64,000 bases of DNA from an uncultured Mycoplasmatota bacterium. GTDB taxonomy: Bacteria > Bacillota_I > Bacilli_A > RF39 > UBA660. Below are positions 1 to 9,605 of this stretch, piece after piece (the stretch's first letter is position 1; each line of letters opens with the position of its first letter). The stretch spans positions 108,973 to 172,972 of the forward strand of contig UROI01000001.1 of the NCBI GenBank assembly GCA_900549325.1, written 5' to 3'. The position numbers and the translations under genes are program-made. The notes under the pieces are model-generated. The model saw only the letters and a program-made list of their open reading frames with translations, made no database searches and was not told the origin of the DNA.

Positions 1-922
1 TGATTATTCCTTCATTGGCACCAAAACCATCCATTTCTGTTAATAATTGGTTTAAAGTTTGTTCTCTTTCGTCATGGCCACCACCTAAGCCTGTTCCTCT
101 TTGTCTACCTACGGCATCTATTTCATCAATGAATATTAAACATGGAGCATTCATTTTTGCTTGTTTAAACATATCTCTTACTCTTGATGCACCAATACCT
201 ACGAATAATTCTACAAAGTCAGAACCACTTATATAATAGAATGGTACTTTGGCTTCTCCTGCTACAGCACGTGCTAGTAATGTTTTACCTGTTCCTGGAG
301 GGCCTACTAATAGAACTCCTTTTGGTATTCTAGCTCCCATACTAGTAAATTTCTTTGGATTTTTTAGGAAGTCTATTAATTCTTGTACTTCTTCTTTTTC
401 TTCGGTTAATCCTGCGACATCTTTGAATGTAGCTCTACTTTCTTCAACTAACTTAGCTCTTGATTTTCCAAAGTCCATGGACTTGTTTCCACCACCAAGT
501 TGTCTTGTAAATATCCAAACGGTAACTCCTGCTAAAATAACGATAGGAACGATATCTACTAATACGGCAAGCCAAGATGATGCTTCGGCATCTGTTTTAA
601 TTTTTAACTCAAAGTTACTTGTTCCTTCTTTAGCGGCTGTTATTTTTGAAATGAATTCTTCTGACTGTGGTAAATAAAGTATAAAGCTTTCATTATCAGC
701 ATAATCAGATAATTTTCCTTCGAGCATATATGTTTCAGTACGAACTTTTGGAGTTATTGTTAATTCTGTTACTTTTCCTCCATTTAAGTCTTTCATGAAT
801 TCGTCATATGATAATTCGTTAACTTTAACATCAAACATTTTAAATACTATTAAGCATCCTATAATAAATACTAATAAAAATGCATATGGTGCTAAACTCT
901 TTTGTATATTTTTTTTATTCAT
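1..922 (-). CDS. ftsH: ATP-dependent zinc metalloprotease FtsH, N-terminal ~307 aa (3' end runs off the window)
   Basis: Absent from the ORF track because there is no stop in the window. Reverse-strand translation from ATG 922-920 gives [23 protein letters not shown] (TM). It continues with [23 protein letters not shown] (Walker A), [16 protein letters not shown] (Walker B) and [21 protein letters not shown]. The + strand ORFs 15-236 and 249-677 are antisense shadows. Confidence 0.93.
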   Translation of the reverse strand, partial: MNKKNIQKSLAPYAFLLVFIIGCLIVFKMFDVKVNELSYDEFMKDLNGGKVTELTITPKVRTETYMLEGKLSDYADNESFILYLPQSEEFISKITAAKEGTSNFELKIKTDAEASSWLAVLVDIVPIVILAGVTVWIFTRQLGGGNKSMDFGKSRAKLVEESRATFKDVAGLTEEKEEVQELIDFLKNPKKFTSMGARIPKGVLLVGPPGTGKTLLARAVAGEAKVPFYYISGSDFVELFVGIGASRVRDMFKQAKMNAPCLIFIDEIDAVGRQRGTGLGGGHDEREQTLNQLLTEMDGFGANEGII

Positions 923-2249
923 AATTTTCCTCTCCTTCTTTGCACTCTATTATTATATCATACTTTTCATTTTTTTTAGAACAAAATTTACTTTTTTTAA
1001 TACCTGGTATCCAAATTATATTATTATTACTATCTACTAGTAATGGGTAGGTTATTCTTTTTGATATTGGTAATTTATTTTCAATCATTATTTCTTTTAT
1101 TTTCTTTTTATTATTGCTTCCTTTTAGTATTATGTAATCTCCATCTATTCTATTTCTAAAATAAAGAGGAAATGTTATATTACTTTTATCTATTCTACAT
1201 ATATAATTGCTATCATTTTCGGTATTATCTATTATACTAAACTTTAGGTTGTTGATAATTAGACTATCAGTTAATTCTATTTTATAGTTATCTATATTTG
1301 ATGTGTTTTCTTTTATTAATAGTTTATCATATTCTTTTACTATTACTTTATTATTTGGTAAATTTAAGCTTAGATTTGGTTTGTTATTATTTATTAAATT
1401 GATAATACTATTTATATGTTTTTCTGTTACTATGCTGCTTTCATTTGAATAGATGTTGTTTAATATATAATATAGGGTATTTTTTATTAGAAAATTATCT
1501 AGTTTTAACAATTCATCTATATATATTATATTGTTATTATAAATGTTATTTATATTCTTCTTTACTAAAAATTTTATATAATTATCATATTCCAGTAGAG
1601 TATTAGAATATTTTAAGAATTTTTTGTGGACATCTTTGTCTTCTTCTTTTAATAGAGGAAGTATTTTTTTTCGATATCTATTTCTAGTATAATCTGTATT
1701 TGTGTTAGAACTATCAATAAAATATGTGATATTATGTGATTTATTATAATTTATAATATCTTCTTTTGTTACTTTTAATAGGGGCCTTATTATTTGATAA
1801 TTTTTTACATTACTTATTTCTTTAATACCGGCATAGCCTTCAAGGTTGGATCCACGGACTATTTTCATTAATACTGTCTCTATTTGATCGTCGCCATGGT
1901 GGGCAAGAAATAGTTTGGTAGAATGATATTTTGATAATATTTCTTCGTAGAAGTTATATCTTTTTTTTCTGGCTTCATTTTCGAAGTTTGTTTCTTTGTA
2001 TTCTGTGATTTTCATGCTTTCAAAGATTAAATTATGTTCTTTGCAGTAATCTTTTAAATATTTTTCTTCGGTAGCACTTTCTTTTCTGACATTGTGATTT
2101 ATGTGGCATACTACTATTTTGTTTGTCTTTTGTTCTAGTAGATTTAATAAACACATAGAATCTGGTCCTGAAGATACTCCTACTACTACGAAATTATTAT
2201 CAAAAATAATGTTATCTAAAATATGTTCCATAGTTTCCTCCTTTGTCAT
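915..2249 (-). CDS. tilS: tRNA(Ile)-lysidine synthetase
   Basis: PP-loop motif [12 protein letters not shown] near the N-terminus and a 444-aa length. The stop overlaps the ftsH start by 8 nt (ATGAATAA), matching the usual tilS-ftsH neighbourhood. Confidence 0.9.
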   Translation of the reverse strand: MTKEETMEHILDNIIFDNNFVVVGVSSGPDSMCLLNLLEQKTNKIVVCHINHNVRKESATEEKYLKDYCKEHNLIFESMKITEYKETNFENEARKKRYNFYEEILSKYHSTKLFLAHHGDDQIETVLMKIVRGSNLEGYAGIKEISNVKNYQIIRPLLKVTKEDIINYNKSHNITYFIDSSNTNTDYTRNRYRKKILPLLKEEDKDVHKKFLKYSNTLLEYDNYIKFLVKKNINNIYNNNIIYIDELLKLDNFLIKNTLYYILNNIYSNESSIVTEKHINSIINLINNNKPNLSLNLPNNKVIVKEYDKLLIKENTSNIDNYKIELTDSLIINNLKFSIIDNTENDSNYICRIDKSNITFPLYFRNRIDGDYIILKGSNNKKKIKEIMIENKLPISKRITYPLLVDSNNNIIWIPGIKKSKFCSKKNEKYDIIIECKEGEENYE

Positions 2250-2297
2250 ATATTATAGCAGATATTATAGAAAAAAAGAATATTTATTTTATTTTTA

Positions 2298-2330
2298 TAA
2301 TAAAAGTATACATTTTTTGGATGTATACTT
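2298..2330 (-). terminator. Intrinsic terminator downstream of tyrS
   Basis: 10-bp perfect stem AAGTATACAT / ATGTATACTT (2304-2330) with a 7-nt loop. T-rich runs sit on both sides. Confidence 0.6.
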
Positions 2331-2340
2331 TGTTTTATTT

Positions 2341-3558
2341 TTAGTTCATTTTTATTAGATAATATTTTTTCTTACCTTTTCTTATTATGTGATATTTTCT
2401 AGTATTTGTTATCTTATGATTTTCATCATTTATTATATCACCATCTAATGATATGGCATTATTTGATAGGAATTCTCTTGCTTCTCTTCTTGAAGAGGCG
2501 ATACTATTGTTTACTAATATATTTAGGATTATATCTTCGTCTACATTATATGTTGGTACTCCCTTGAAGGCTAATTCTATTTCGCTATCTGTTAATTCTT
2601 TGATGTTGCCTGTGAATAATGATTCTGATATTTTAACAGCGGTATCAGCATCTTCTTTGCTATGAATATCTTTTACTACTTCATAGGCTAATGTTTTTTG
2701 AGCTAATCTAAGTTCTGGTTTTTCTTCATGTTTTTTCATGATATCTTCGATTTCTTTTTTGGTTAGGAAAGTGAATACTTTTAGGTATTCTAATACTTTG
2801 GAGTCATCAGCATTTATTAGGTACTGATATATTTCATAAGGAGAAGTTTTTTCTTTATCTAGCCATAGAGCATTACCTTCTGATTTTCCGAATTTATGTC
2901 CAGTAGCATCTAAAATAAGTGGCATTGTAAAGCCATAGGCTTCTTTACCTAATTTTTTTCTTATTAGTTCGATACCGGTAGTTATATTTCCCCACTGATC
3001 TGATCCTTCGACTTGCATAATGCAGTTTTTTGTTTCATATAGATGCATAAAGTCATATCCTTGAAGTAACATATAAGAAAATTCTGCATAAGTGATACCA
3101 CTTTCTAGTCTTCTTTGAATGATATCTTTACTTAACATATAATTTATATTTATATATTTTCCGATATCTCTTAGGAATTCTAGGAATGTGTAATCTTTTG
3201 TCCATGAGTAGTTATCTACTAATTCGGCTTTTCCATCAAATAATCTATCTATTTGATTTTTGATACTTTTGATGTTTTTATCTACTGTTTCATAAGATAG
3301 TATTTCTCTTTCGGCAGTTGGTCTTGGATCACCGATTCTTCCTGTTGCACCACCACATAATAGTATTGGATGGTGGCCGTATTTGGCTAATCTTTTAGCG
3401 GTTACTAATGAAGAATAGTGGCCGATATGCAAGCTATCAGCAGTTGGATCTGTACCCCAATAGAATGTTATTGGTTCTCCGTTTAATACTTCTTCAAGAT
3501 TATCTCCTGCTACATCTTTTATTAGTCCTCTCCAGACTAAATCATCATATAATTTCAT
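2341..3558 (-). CDS. tyrS: Tyrosyl-tRNA synthetase
   Basis: HIGH motif (SLHIGHYSSL), KMSKS-type KFGKS, and a C-terminal S4-like domain. It is preceded by a Tyr-specific T-box leader. Confidence 0.95.
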   Translation of the reverse strand: MKLYDDLVWRGLIKDVAGDNLEEVLNGEPITFYWGTDPTADSLHIGHYSSLVTAKRLAKYGHHPILLCGGATGRIGDPRPTAEREILSYETVDKNIKSIKNQIDRLFDGKAELVDNYSWTKDYTFLEFLRDIGKYININYMLSKDIIQRRLESGITYAEFSYMLLQGYDFMHLYETKNCIMQVEGSDQWGNITTGIELIRKKLGKEAYGFTMPLILDATGHKFGKSEGNALWLDKEKTSPYEIYQYLINADDSKVLEYLKVFTFLTKKEIEDIMKKHEEKPELRLAQKTLAYEVVKDIHSKEDADTAVKISESLFTGNIKELTDSEIELAFKGVPTYNVDEDIILNILVNNSIASSRREAREFLSNNAISLDGDIINDENHKITNTRKYHIIRKGKKKYYLIKMN

Positions 3559-3578
3559 AATATTCCTCCTTCTTTAAA

Positions 3579-3785
3579 TAAAAAAAGATGGTATCAAAAG
3601 GACGAACTAGTCGTGGTACCACCTTTATTTACAATATAATTATTGCCTTGATATGATAACGGTATTTACCGATTAAACTCTTAATATGTAATTTCGTTAT
3701 TTTACTTTGTTAATTTCCACCTAACATTAACTCTCTATATGGTAAGTAAAATAATTACTTGGTATTAGTCGTTGTTTAATAATAT
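3579..3785 (-). promoter_or_regulatory. T-box riboswitch leader, tyrosine specifier (UAC)
   Basis: The reverse strand reads AGAGAG box, GGTGGAAA, specifier UAC-A (3688-3690) and F-box CCGTTA. The T-box sequence is AAATAAAGGTGGTACCACG (3612-3630). The terminator is GGTGGTACC...GATACCATC followed by TTTTTTT. Confidence 0.88.
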
Positions 3786-3791
3786 GTCTAA

Positions 3792-3820
3792 ATTGTAGTA
3801 TATTTTGTTTTGATTGTCAA
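3792..3820 (-). promoter_or_regulatory. SigA-type promoter of the tyrS leader
   Basis: The reverse strand reads TTGACA (3820-3815), a 17-nt spacer, then TACAAT (3797-3792). Confidence 0.7.
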
Positions 3821-3855
3821 TATTAATTTGTGAAAAAGTTTTTTTATTGTTGTTT

Positions 3856-3930
3856 CACTTTAAGCCAAGGTCTTAAAGTGTTTATTTGAGCCAAGATATT
3901 GTCTCAAATAAAGGGCTATTATATATAAGC
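3856..3930 (-). repeat. Tandem-hairpin intergenic repeat, locus A (head box + 2 hairpins, forward orientation on minus strand)
   Basis: Hairpin 1 is CACTTTAAG-CCAAGGT-CTTAAAGTG (3856-3880). Hairpin 2 is TATTTGAG-CCAAGATATTGT-CTCAAATA (3883-3910). The head box is CTATTATATATAAGC (3916-3930), the reverse complement of GCTTATATATAATAG. Confidence 0.75.
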
Positions 3931-4021
3931 AGGAAATATATATTTAGATATTATTTGGTATTATTAATTTACTTTTCTATATTTTTATTATATAATATTT
4001 AGAGAAATGAGGGATTATTCT

Positions 4022-5080
4022 ATGATAGATAGATTAGAAGCTACATTAAAAAGATATAATGAGATAGGGGAAGAGTTATCTAGTCCTGAGATTATATCTG
4101 ATATTAAGAAAATGACTCTTCTTTCTAAAGAGAGAACTAGTTTAGAGAAGACAGTAGAAGTTTATAAAGAGTATAAGAAGGTATTATCTGATATTGAAGA
4201 GGCTAAAGAATTACTTAGTGATAAGGATATGGCTGCATTTGCTAAAGAAGAACTTGCTGAAGCAGAAAGCAAGAAAAGTAAATTAGAAAGTGAACTTGAA
4301 ATTCTTCTTATACCACACGACCCTAACGATGAAAAGAATGTTATTGTGGAAATTAGAGGGGCTGCTGGGGGAGATGAAGGTAATATCTTTGCGGGTGATT
4401 TATTTGATATGTATAGTAAATATGCTGCGAATAATGGGTGGAAGATAGAGATACTTAATGCTACTGCTGGTACCGCTGGTGGATATTCACAAATAGAGTT
4501 TATGGTTAAGGGTGATAGTGTTTATTCTAAACTTAAGTATGAAAGTGGTGCTCATAGAGTACAGAGAGTACCTGCTACTGAGAGTCAGGGTAGAGTACAT
4601 ACTAGTACTGCTACTGTACTTGTTATGCCTGAAGCTGAAGAGTTTGATTTTGAACTTGATGAGTCTGAAGTTAGAATTGATATAACTAGAAGTAGTGGAT
4701 GTGGTGGACAAGGTGTTAATACTACGGATAGTGCTGTTAGACTTACACATATTCCTACTGGTATTATTGTTTATTCTCAGACTGAAAGAAGTCAGATTAA
4801 GAATAAAGAACTTGCTTTTAAAATACTTAAAACTAGGCTATATGATATGAAACTTAAAGAACAAGAAGAAAAGAATGCTGCTGATAGAAAAGTTAAGATT
4901 GGTACTGGAGATAGAAGCGAGAAAATAAGAACCTATAATTATCCACAGAATAGAATTACTGATCATAGAATTGGTTATACTTCAATGAATCTTGATAGAG
5001 TTATGGATGGCGATATGGAAGATTTAATTGAGGCTTTAATTAATGAGGATCAAAAAAAGAAATTAGAGGGTAGTATCTAA
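4022..5080 (+). CDS. prfA: Peptide chain release factor 1
   Basis: RF1 PAT tripeptide (VQRVPATESQGRVHTS) and GGQ motif (SGCGGQGVNTT). The start was moved to ATG 4022 behind GAGGGA. Confidence 0.95.
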   Translation: MIDRLEATLKRYNEIGEELSSPEIISDIKKMTLLSKERTSLEKTVEVYKEYKKVLSDIEEAKELLSDKDMAAFAKEELAEAESKKSKLESELEILLIPHDPNDEKNVIVEIRGAAGGDEGNIFAGDLFDMYSKYAANNGWKIEILNATAGTAGGYSQIEFMVKGDSVYSKLKYESGAHRVQRVPATESQGRVHTSTATVLVMPEAEEFDFELDESEVRIDITRSSGCGGQGVNTTDSAVRLTHIPTGIIVYSQTERSQIKNKELAFKILKTRLYDMKLKEQEEKNAADRKVKIGTGDRSEKIRTYNYPQNRITDHRIGYTSMNLDRVMDGDMEDLIEALINEDQKKKLEGSI

Positions 5081-5089
5081 TAATAAAAT

Positions 5090-5812
5090 ATGAATGATAT
5101 TGAATATTTAAGAAAATACCTAAAAGATAAAGATTTTGATACGGCTTTAAAAGAATTAGAAAGCGGGATACCTGTTCAGTATATAGTTGGCAATACTAAT
5201 TTTTATGGTTATGATTTTAAGGTTAATAAGAATACTTTGATTCCTAGATTTGAGACAGAGTTATTAGTAGAGAAAACTTATAATTATATTAAGAAATATT
5301 TTAATAGAGATAATATTAAAATACTTGATATTGGTACTGGTAGTGGGTGTATTGCTATTACTTTGAATAAATTATTAAATAATAGTGATATTACTGGTAT
5401 AGATATATCTAGTGAGGCATTAGAAATTGCTAAAGAGAATAATATTAATAATAATACTAATGTTAAGTTTATCGAAAGTGATATTTTTTCTAATGTTTCT
5501 GATAGGTATGATGTTATTATTAGTAATCCTCCTTATATTAGTTATGGTGATACTGAGGTTATGGATATTGTTAAGAATAATGAACCACATTTGGCATTAT
5601 ATGCTAAAGATAATGGATTATATTTTTATGATAAGATTATTAAAGATAGTAGTAAGTATTTGAATGATAAATTTATTATGGCTTTTGAAATTGGCTATAA
5701 ACAAGGAGAAGATGTTGTTAAAATAGTTAATAAATACTATAAAGATATCAACATATCTGTGGAAAAAGATTATAGTGGTAGAGATAGATTTGTTTTTATT
5801 TGGAATCATTAG
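5090..5812 (+). CDS. prmC: Release factor glutamine N5-methyltransferase
   Basis: SAM motif LDIGTGSGCIA and NPPY (ISNPPYIS). It lies directly downstream of prfA. Confidence 0.9.
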   Translation: MNDIEYLRKYLKDKDFDTALKELESGIPVQYIVGNTNFYGYDFKVNKNTLIPRFETELLVEKTYNYIKKYFNRDNIKILDIGTGSGCIAITLNKLLNNSDITGIDISSEALEIAKENNINNNTNVKFIESDIFSNVSDRYDVIISNPPYISYGDTEVMDIVKNNEPHLALYAKDNGLYFYDKIIKDSSKYLNDKFIMAFEIGYKQGEDVVKIVNKYYKDINISVEKDYSGRDRFVFIWNH

Positions 5813-5834
5813 TTTTTACTAGTGATTTTTTATA

Positions 5835-5863
5835 TTGACTTTTGTAAAAAAAGTCTATATAAT
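5835..5863 (+). promoter_or_regulatory. SigA-type promoter
   Basis: TTGACT (5835-5840), 17-nt spacer, TATAAT (5858-5863). It lies upstream of the 5936 CDS. Confidence 0.6.
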
Positions 5864-5935
5864 ACTATGTGATTTAGATGTTTTGAATTGCTTATATTTT
5901 TGGATGTCAGTAAAGGTACTGTAGGAGGTATAGCA

Positions 5936-6307
5936 ATGAATAACAAAATTAAAGAATATCTAAATCAAAATAAATCTTTGACATTCAATAATCTTCTTTT
6001 TTCTTACATAGATGCTGAAGGTTATAAGGATGCGGAGGTTTATAAAAGAGCAGATATAGATAGAAAATTATTTTCTAAAATAAGATGTAATAGTAATTAT
6101 ATTCCTAAAAAAAACACTGTTATTAAGTTATGTCTATCTTTATCACTAGATAAAAATAGATTTAATAACTTACTTTCAAGTGCGGGGTATAGTTTAAGTA
6201 AAAATAATAATTTTGACTTAGTTATATCTTATTGTATAGAAAATGATATTTATGATATTAATATTATAAATGAATATCTATATACTTATGCTGGTGTTAT
6301 TTTATAA
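5936..6307 (+). CDS. Conserved hypothetical protein, HTH-like (KADIDRKLFSKIR family)
   Basis: ATG 5936 follows GTAGGAGG. The motif VYKRADIDRKLFSKIRCNSNYIPKKNTVIKLCLSL recurs in many small Firmicute proteins, but the function is unknown. Confidence 0.6.
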   Translation: MNNKIKEYLNQNKSLTFNNLLFSYIDAEGYKDAEVYKRADIDRKLFSKIRCNSNYIPKKNTVIKLCLSLSLDKNRFNNLLSSAGYSLSKNNNFDLVISYCIENDIYDINIINEYLYTYAGVIL

Positions 6308-6317
6308 AAATAACATT

Positions 6318-6347
6318 GTCTCTTTTGAAGAGACCTTTTTTTATTTT
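6318..6347 (+). terminator. Intrinsic terminator
   Basis: GTCTCTT-ttg-AAGAGAC followed by CTTTTTTTATTTT. Confidence 0.75.
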
Positions 6348-6386
6348 GGAGTGATATAATTGTATACGAAAACGGAGGTAATATAT

Positions 6387-6893
6387 ATGAAAACAAATAT
6401 TTCAGAATTAATGAATATAATAGCGGATGAGGAAAAGAAGTTTGTCAATATAACTTCTTATATTGAGGAGAGAATTTTCAATGAAACTATTATTGAATTG
6501 GATGGAAGGGTTAATGTCATTAAAGACTATAAGAAAGATTTTGAGGAGGCTATGAAGGAGCAAGAGGATATTTTGAAAAAGATATCTAAATTAAAAGCTA
6601 CTTTGTATGAAAAAAACAATTCATTTAAGTTATCTGATGGTAGAACTATTCAAGATGCTATCATTGATAACACTTATTTGAGAAGATTAAAATCTTCTTA
6701 TGATAATATGTTAAAATACAAGGATTCTAAAAAAAGAATTACTGAGGTTAACAATTCTTATTTTGATTGTTATGAGGTTAATTATGACTCTGATGAAATA
6801 AGAAAAAAATCTAAGGCATTAGAAAAACAAATACAAAGAACTGACTTTGAAATATCTAAGTTAAACTCTATTGAGTTTGAAATTTCTTTGTAA
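6387..6893 (+). CDS. Hypothetical coiled-coil protein, possibly DIP1984/septicolysin-like
   Basis: ATG 6387 follows ACGGAGG. The protein is K/E-rich and helical. It weakly resembles DIP1984-family proteins (GRTIQDAIIDNTYLRRL, C-terminal ISKLNSIEFEI). Confidence 0.5.
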   Translation: MKTNISELMNIIADEEKKFVNITSYIEERIFNETIIELDGRVNVIKDYKKDFEEAMKEQEDILKKISKLKATLYEKNNSFKLSDGRTIQDAIIDNTYLRRLKSSYDNMLKYKDSKKRITEVNNSYFDCYEVNYDSDEIRKKSKALEKQIQRTDFEISKLNSIEFEISL

Positions 6894-7146
6894 TATAAGT
6901 GGTCTCCTTAAGTTATTTTAGGAGTTAAATTGAAATAACTATTTCAAGCCATTACTATCTATTTTGAATCTTTATATCTGTATATCTTAGGTTTAGAGAA
7001 TTTTAACAGTTTAAATTTATTTATTACATTTTATTTTTTTATTATAGTTTACAATTAAAATTGTTTATAAAAAGTTATTTTATTTATTTTACGATATTTT
7101 GTATTTGAGGTAGATAGGGAAAGAAGCATCGTTTAGGTGCTTCTTT

Positions 7147-9117
7147 TTATGTGTTTGAATTATTTTCTTCTTGGAATACTGCTTCTAGATCTTTGTAATT
7201 TGATTCTGCTGATGGTTCTGTTCCTTTTAGATAGAAGAACATTTCTTTATTTGGAGTTTCATCAGTAGCTAGGGCTCCTGTTATGGGATCAGTTAATACT
7301 CCAACAACATTGTTTGGTATTTCATACCAGGATGCTTCTTTTTGCTTGAAGTATGATTCCATGGTATCTATCCAAATATTTTTATGATGGGAGTATTCAC
7401 TACTATCTATTTTGGTATTGTTATCATAACCATTCCATACTCCTAGTACAACGTTTTTGTTATAACCCATTATTAATAGGTCTGTATCTGTTGTACCTGA
7501 TTTAATGGCATATTTATGGGTTATTTGTGGTAATAAAGATATTAGTGTGGGATAGTTATAATTTATGAAGTTTTTGTTATAGGTGCTTGTTAACATTTCA
7601 TTTAATATATAGGTAAGACTTGGATTTAGTAGTAGTTCTTTTTCTTCTTTGTTTTCATAGAGAATATTTCCTTTAGAGTCTTCTATTTTTTTTATGAAAT
7701 GCGGAGTTGTTTTATAACCTAAACTGGCAAAACATGAATAGGCACTAGTCATTTCTATTAGACTTATTTCACTAGTACCTAGAGCTAGTGATGGTACTTC
7801 GGATAGATTACTTGTTATACCTAGTCTTTTTGCAGTATTTATTAAATTATTTTCTCCGAGAAATAGATGTGTTTTTACGGCATATATGTTGTCTGAGTAG
7901 GCAATAGCGGCTTCCATTGATATTGGACCTTCGGCATATTTATCGTTATAGTTTTTTGGACTATAATTTTTACCTCCTGAGAAAGTGAAAGTGGTTTTTT
8001 CACTTGTGAATGATGACGAGGCGGTGAAACCACTTTCTAGGGCAGAGTAATATAGTAGTGGTTTCATAGTGGATCCTACTTGTCTTTGAGATTTGGTAGC
8101 TCTATTGAACTGCGATTTACTATAATTGTTTCCGCCAATTAGGGCTAGTACTCCTCCGGTATTTGGGTCCATCATAATAGCGGCTGTTTCTACTTTGGTA
8201 TCGTCATTTATATAACTATATACTGAGTCTTCAAGTGATTTTTGAGCGGTGGCATCTAAGGTGGTATATATTTTTAATCCTCCTGTTTCTATTGTGGATG
8301 CAGGTACTTCAGTAATGCTTTTTAACTCTTCAAGTACTGAATCTCTAAAGTAGTTTATACTAATATAATTAGAGTTTTCTTTTTTACCAATTATTTTTAA
8401 TTCTGTATTTAAGGCTTCATTATATTCTTCTTTGGTTATTTTTTTGTTATTTAACATTAATTTTAATACTATTCTTTGTCTTTCTTTGGATAAATTATAA
8501 TTTTTTACTGGGGAGTAGTTATTGGGAGACTGTGGTATTCCAGCGAGAAGAGAGGCTTCTGCAAGAGAAAGGTCTTTGGATGATTTACCGAAATAATATT
8601 TACTGGCTTCTTCTATTCCAAATACACCACCATAGTTAATTGTATTTAAATAGCCTTCGAGGATTTCATCTTTGGTATAGTGAACTTCTAGTTCTACTGC
8701 TAGAAGGGCTTCTTCTAGTTTTCTTTCCCAAGTTTTATCAAAGTTTAGAAAGAGATTTCTAGCATACTGCTGTGTTATAGTGGAAGCTCCTTCACTTTTA
8801 TTACCTTTTATTATATTGGTTACGAAGGCTTTAGCTATTCTAATGTAATCAAAACCAATATGTTTATAAAAATATTTGTCTTCAGTACTAATTGTGGCAT
8901 CAATGACATTTTTACTTATTTTATCTAGTGATATCCATTCATCATCTGTTTGAGATACTAATTTACTTTCATTATCATATAAATAATATGACTGTGATTT
9001 ATTTATTTCCATTTTGGGTGTTAGGAAACAATAGATATATACACCGAGATTTCCTAGTATAAAAATTATTATTGGTATTGAAATTATTTTGATTATTTTT
9101 TTTACTTTTTTATTCAT
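7147..9117 (-). CDS. Class A penicillin-binding protein (glycosyltransferase + transpeptidase)
   Basis: N-terminal TM. GT51 motifs are EDKYFYKHIGFD and GASTITQQYARN. Transpeptidase motifs are STMKP, YSDN and KSGTT. The start was moved to ATG 9117 behind GAGGG. Confidence 0.92.
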   Translation of the reverse strand: MNKKVKKIIKIISIPIIIFILGNLGVYIYCFLTPKMEINKSQSYYLYDNESKLVSQTDDEWISLDKISKNVIDATISTEDKYFYKHIGFDYIRIAKAFVTNIIKGNKSEGASTITQQYARNLFLNFDKTWERKLEEALLAVELEVHYTKDEILEGYLNTINYGGVFGIEEASKYYFGKSSKDLSLAEASLLAGIPQSPNNYSPVKNYNLSKERQRIVLKLMLNNKKITKEEYNEALNTELKIIGKKENSNYISINYFRDSVLEELKSITEVPASTIETGGLKIYTTLDATAQKSLEDSVYSYINDDTKVETAAIMMDPNTGGVLALIGGNNYSKSQFNRATKSQRQVGSTMKPLLYYSALESGFTASSSFTSEKTTFTFSGGKNYSPKNYNDKYAEGPISMEAAIAYSDNIYAVKTHLFLGENNLINTAKRLGITSNLSEVPSLALGTSEISLIEMTSAYSCFASLGYKTTPHFIKKIEDSKGNILYENKEEKELLLNPSLTYILNEMLTSTYNKNFINYNYPTLISLLPQITHKYAIKSGTTDTDLLIMGYNKNVVLGVWNGYDNNTKIDSSEYSHHKNIWIDTMESYFKQKEASWYEIPNNVVGVLTDPITGALATDETPNKEMFFYLKGTEPSAESNYKDLEAVFQEENNSNT

Positions 9118-9221
9118 AATATCCCTCATTTTAAGCATTTTACTTTTGCATTTATTATTATGTTAAAAATTTATTAAAATATGTTGTATTTTTTTTAAAG
9201 ATATGGTAATATTACACTTGA

Positions 9222-9605
9222 ATGTTTGGGAGTGATATTATTCGTATTAAAGTTAAGGGTTATTTGAGGAATATTACTGATAATGAAATATTTGAATTTG
9301 AAGAAAAAGGTATTAAAAATAAAGATAAAATTACTTTTAATAATAATGATATTAAGTATTCTATTAAATGTAATGCTGATGAAATTATGATGATAAGAGA
9401 TGGCAATGATTTTGTTAACACTTTTATTTTTAATAATAATAGTAGTAAAAGTAACTATTTACTTAAAGAAAATGGTTATGATATGGATATGGAAGTTAAT
9501 GTTAGTAATATGGAATCTAATGATAAATTAATATATATTGAATATGAAATTGTTAGTACTTCTTGTAAGTATGAACTTAGAATAGAAATGAGTGAGATGT
9601 TATGA
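9222..9605 (+). CDS. DUF1934 (YwiB-like) beta-barrel protein
   Basis: A small protein immediately upstream of and overlapping argS, as ywiB is in Bacillus. The family call rests mostly on synteny. Confidence 0.55.
   Translation: MFGSDIIRIKVKGYLRNITDNEIFEFEEKGIKNKDKITFNNNDIKYSIKCNADEIMMIRDGNDFVNTFIFNNNSSKSNYLLKENGYDMDMEVNVSNMESNDKLIYIEYEIVSTSCKYELRIEMSEML

Noticed and set aside
15-677. Plus-strand ORFs 15-236 and 249-677 from the ORF track
   Set aside because: They are antisense to a clear FtsH coding sequence (Walker A/B and SRH motifs on the minus strand), and their translations are low-complexity with no motifs.
915-922. Absence of hpt between tilS and ftsH, with an 8-nt tilS/ftsH overlap
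   Set aside because: This is a gene-order variant of a common cluster. The overlap is ordinary translational coupling, not an anomaly.
795-1040. Plus-strand ORF 795-1040
   Set aside because: It overlaps the ftsH start and the tilS 3' end on the opposite strand. The AT-rich sequence gives a spurious Phe/Ile/Leu-rich frame.
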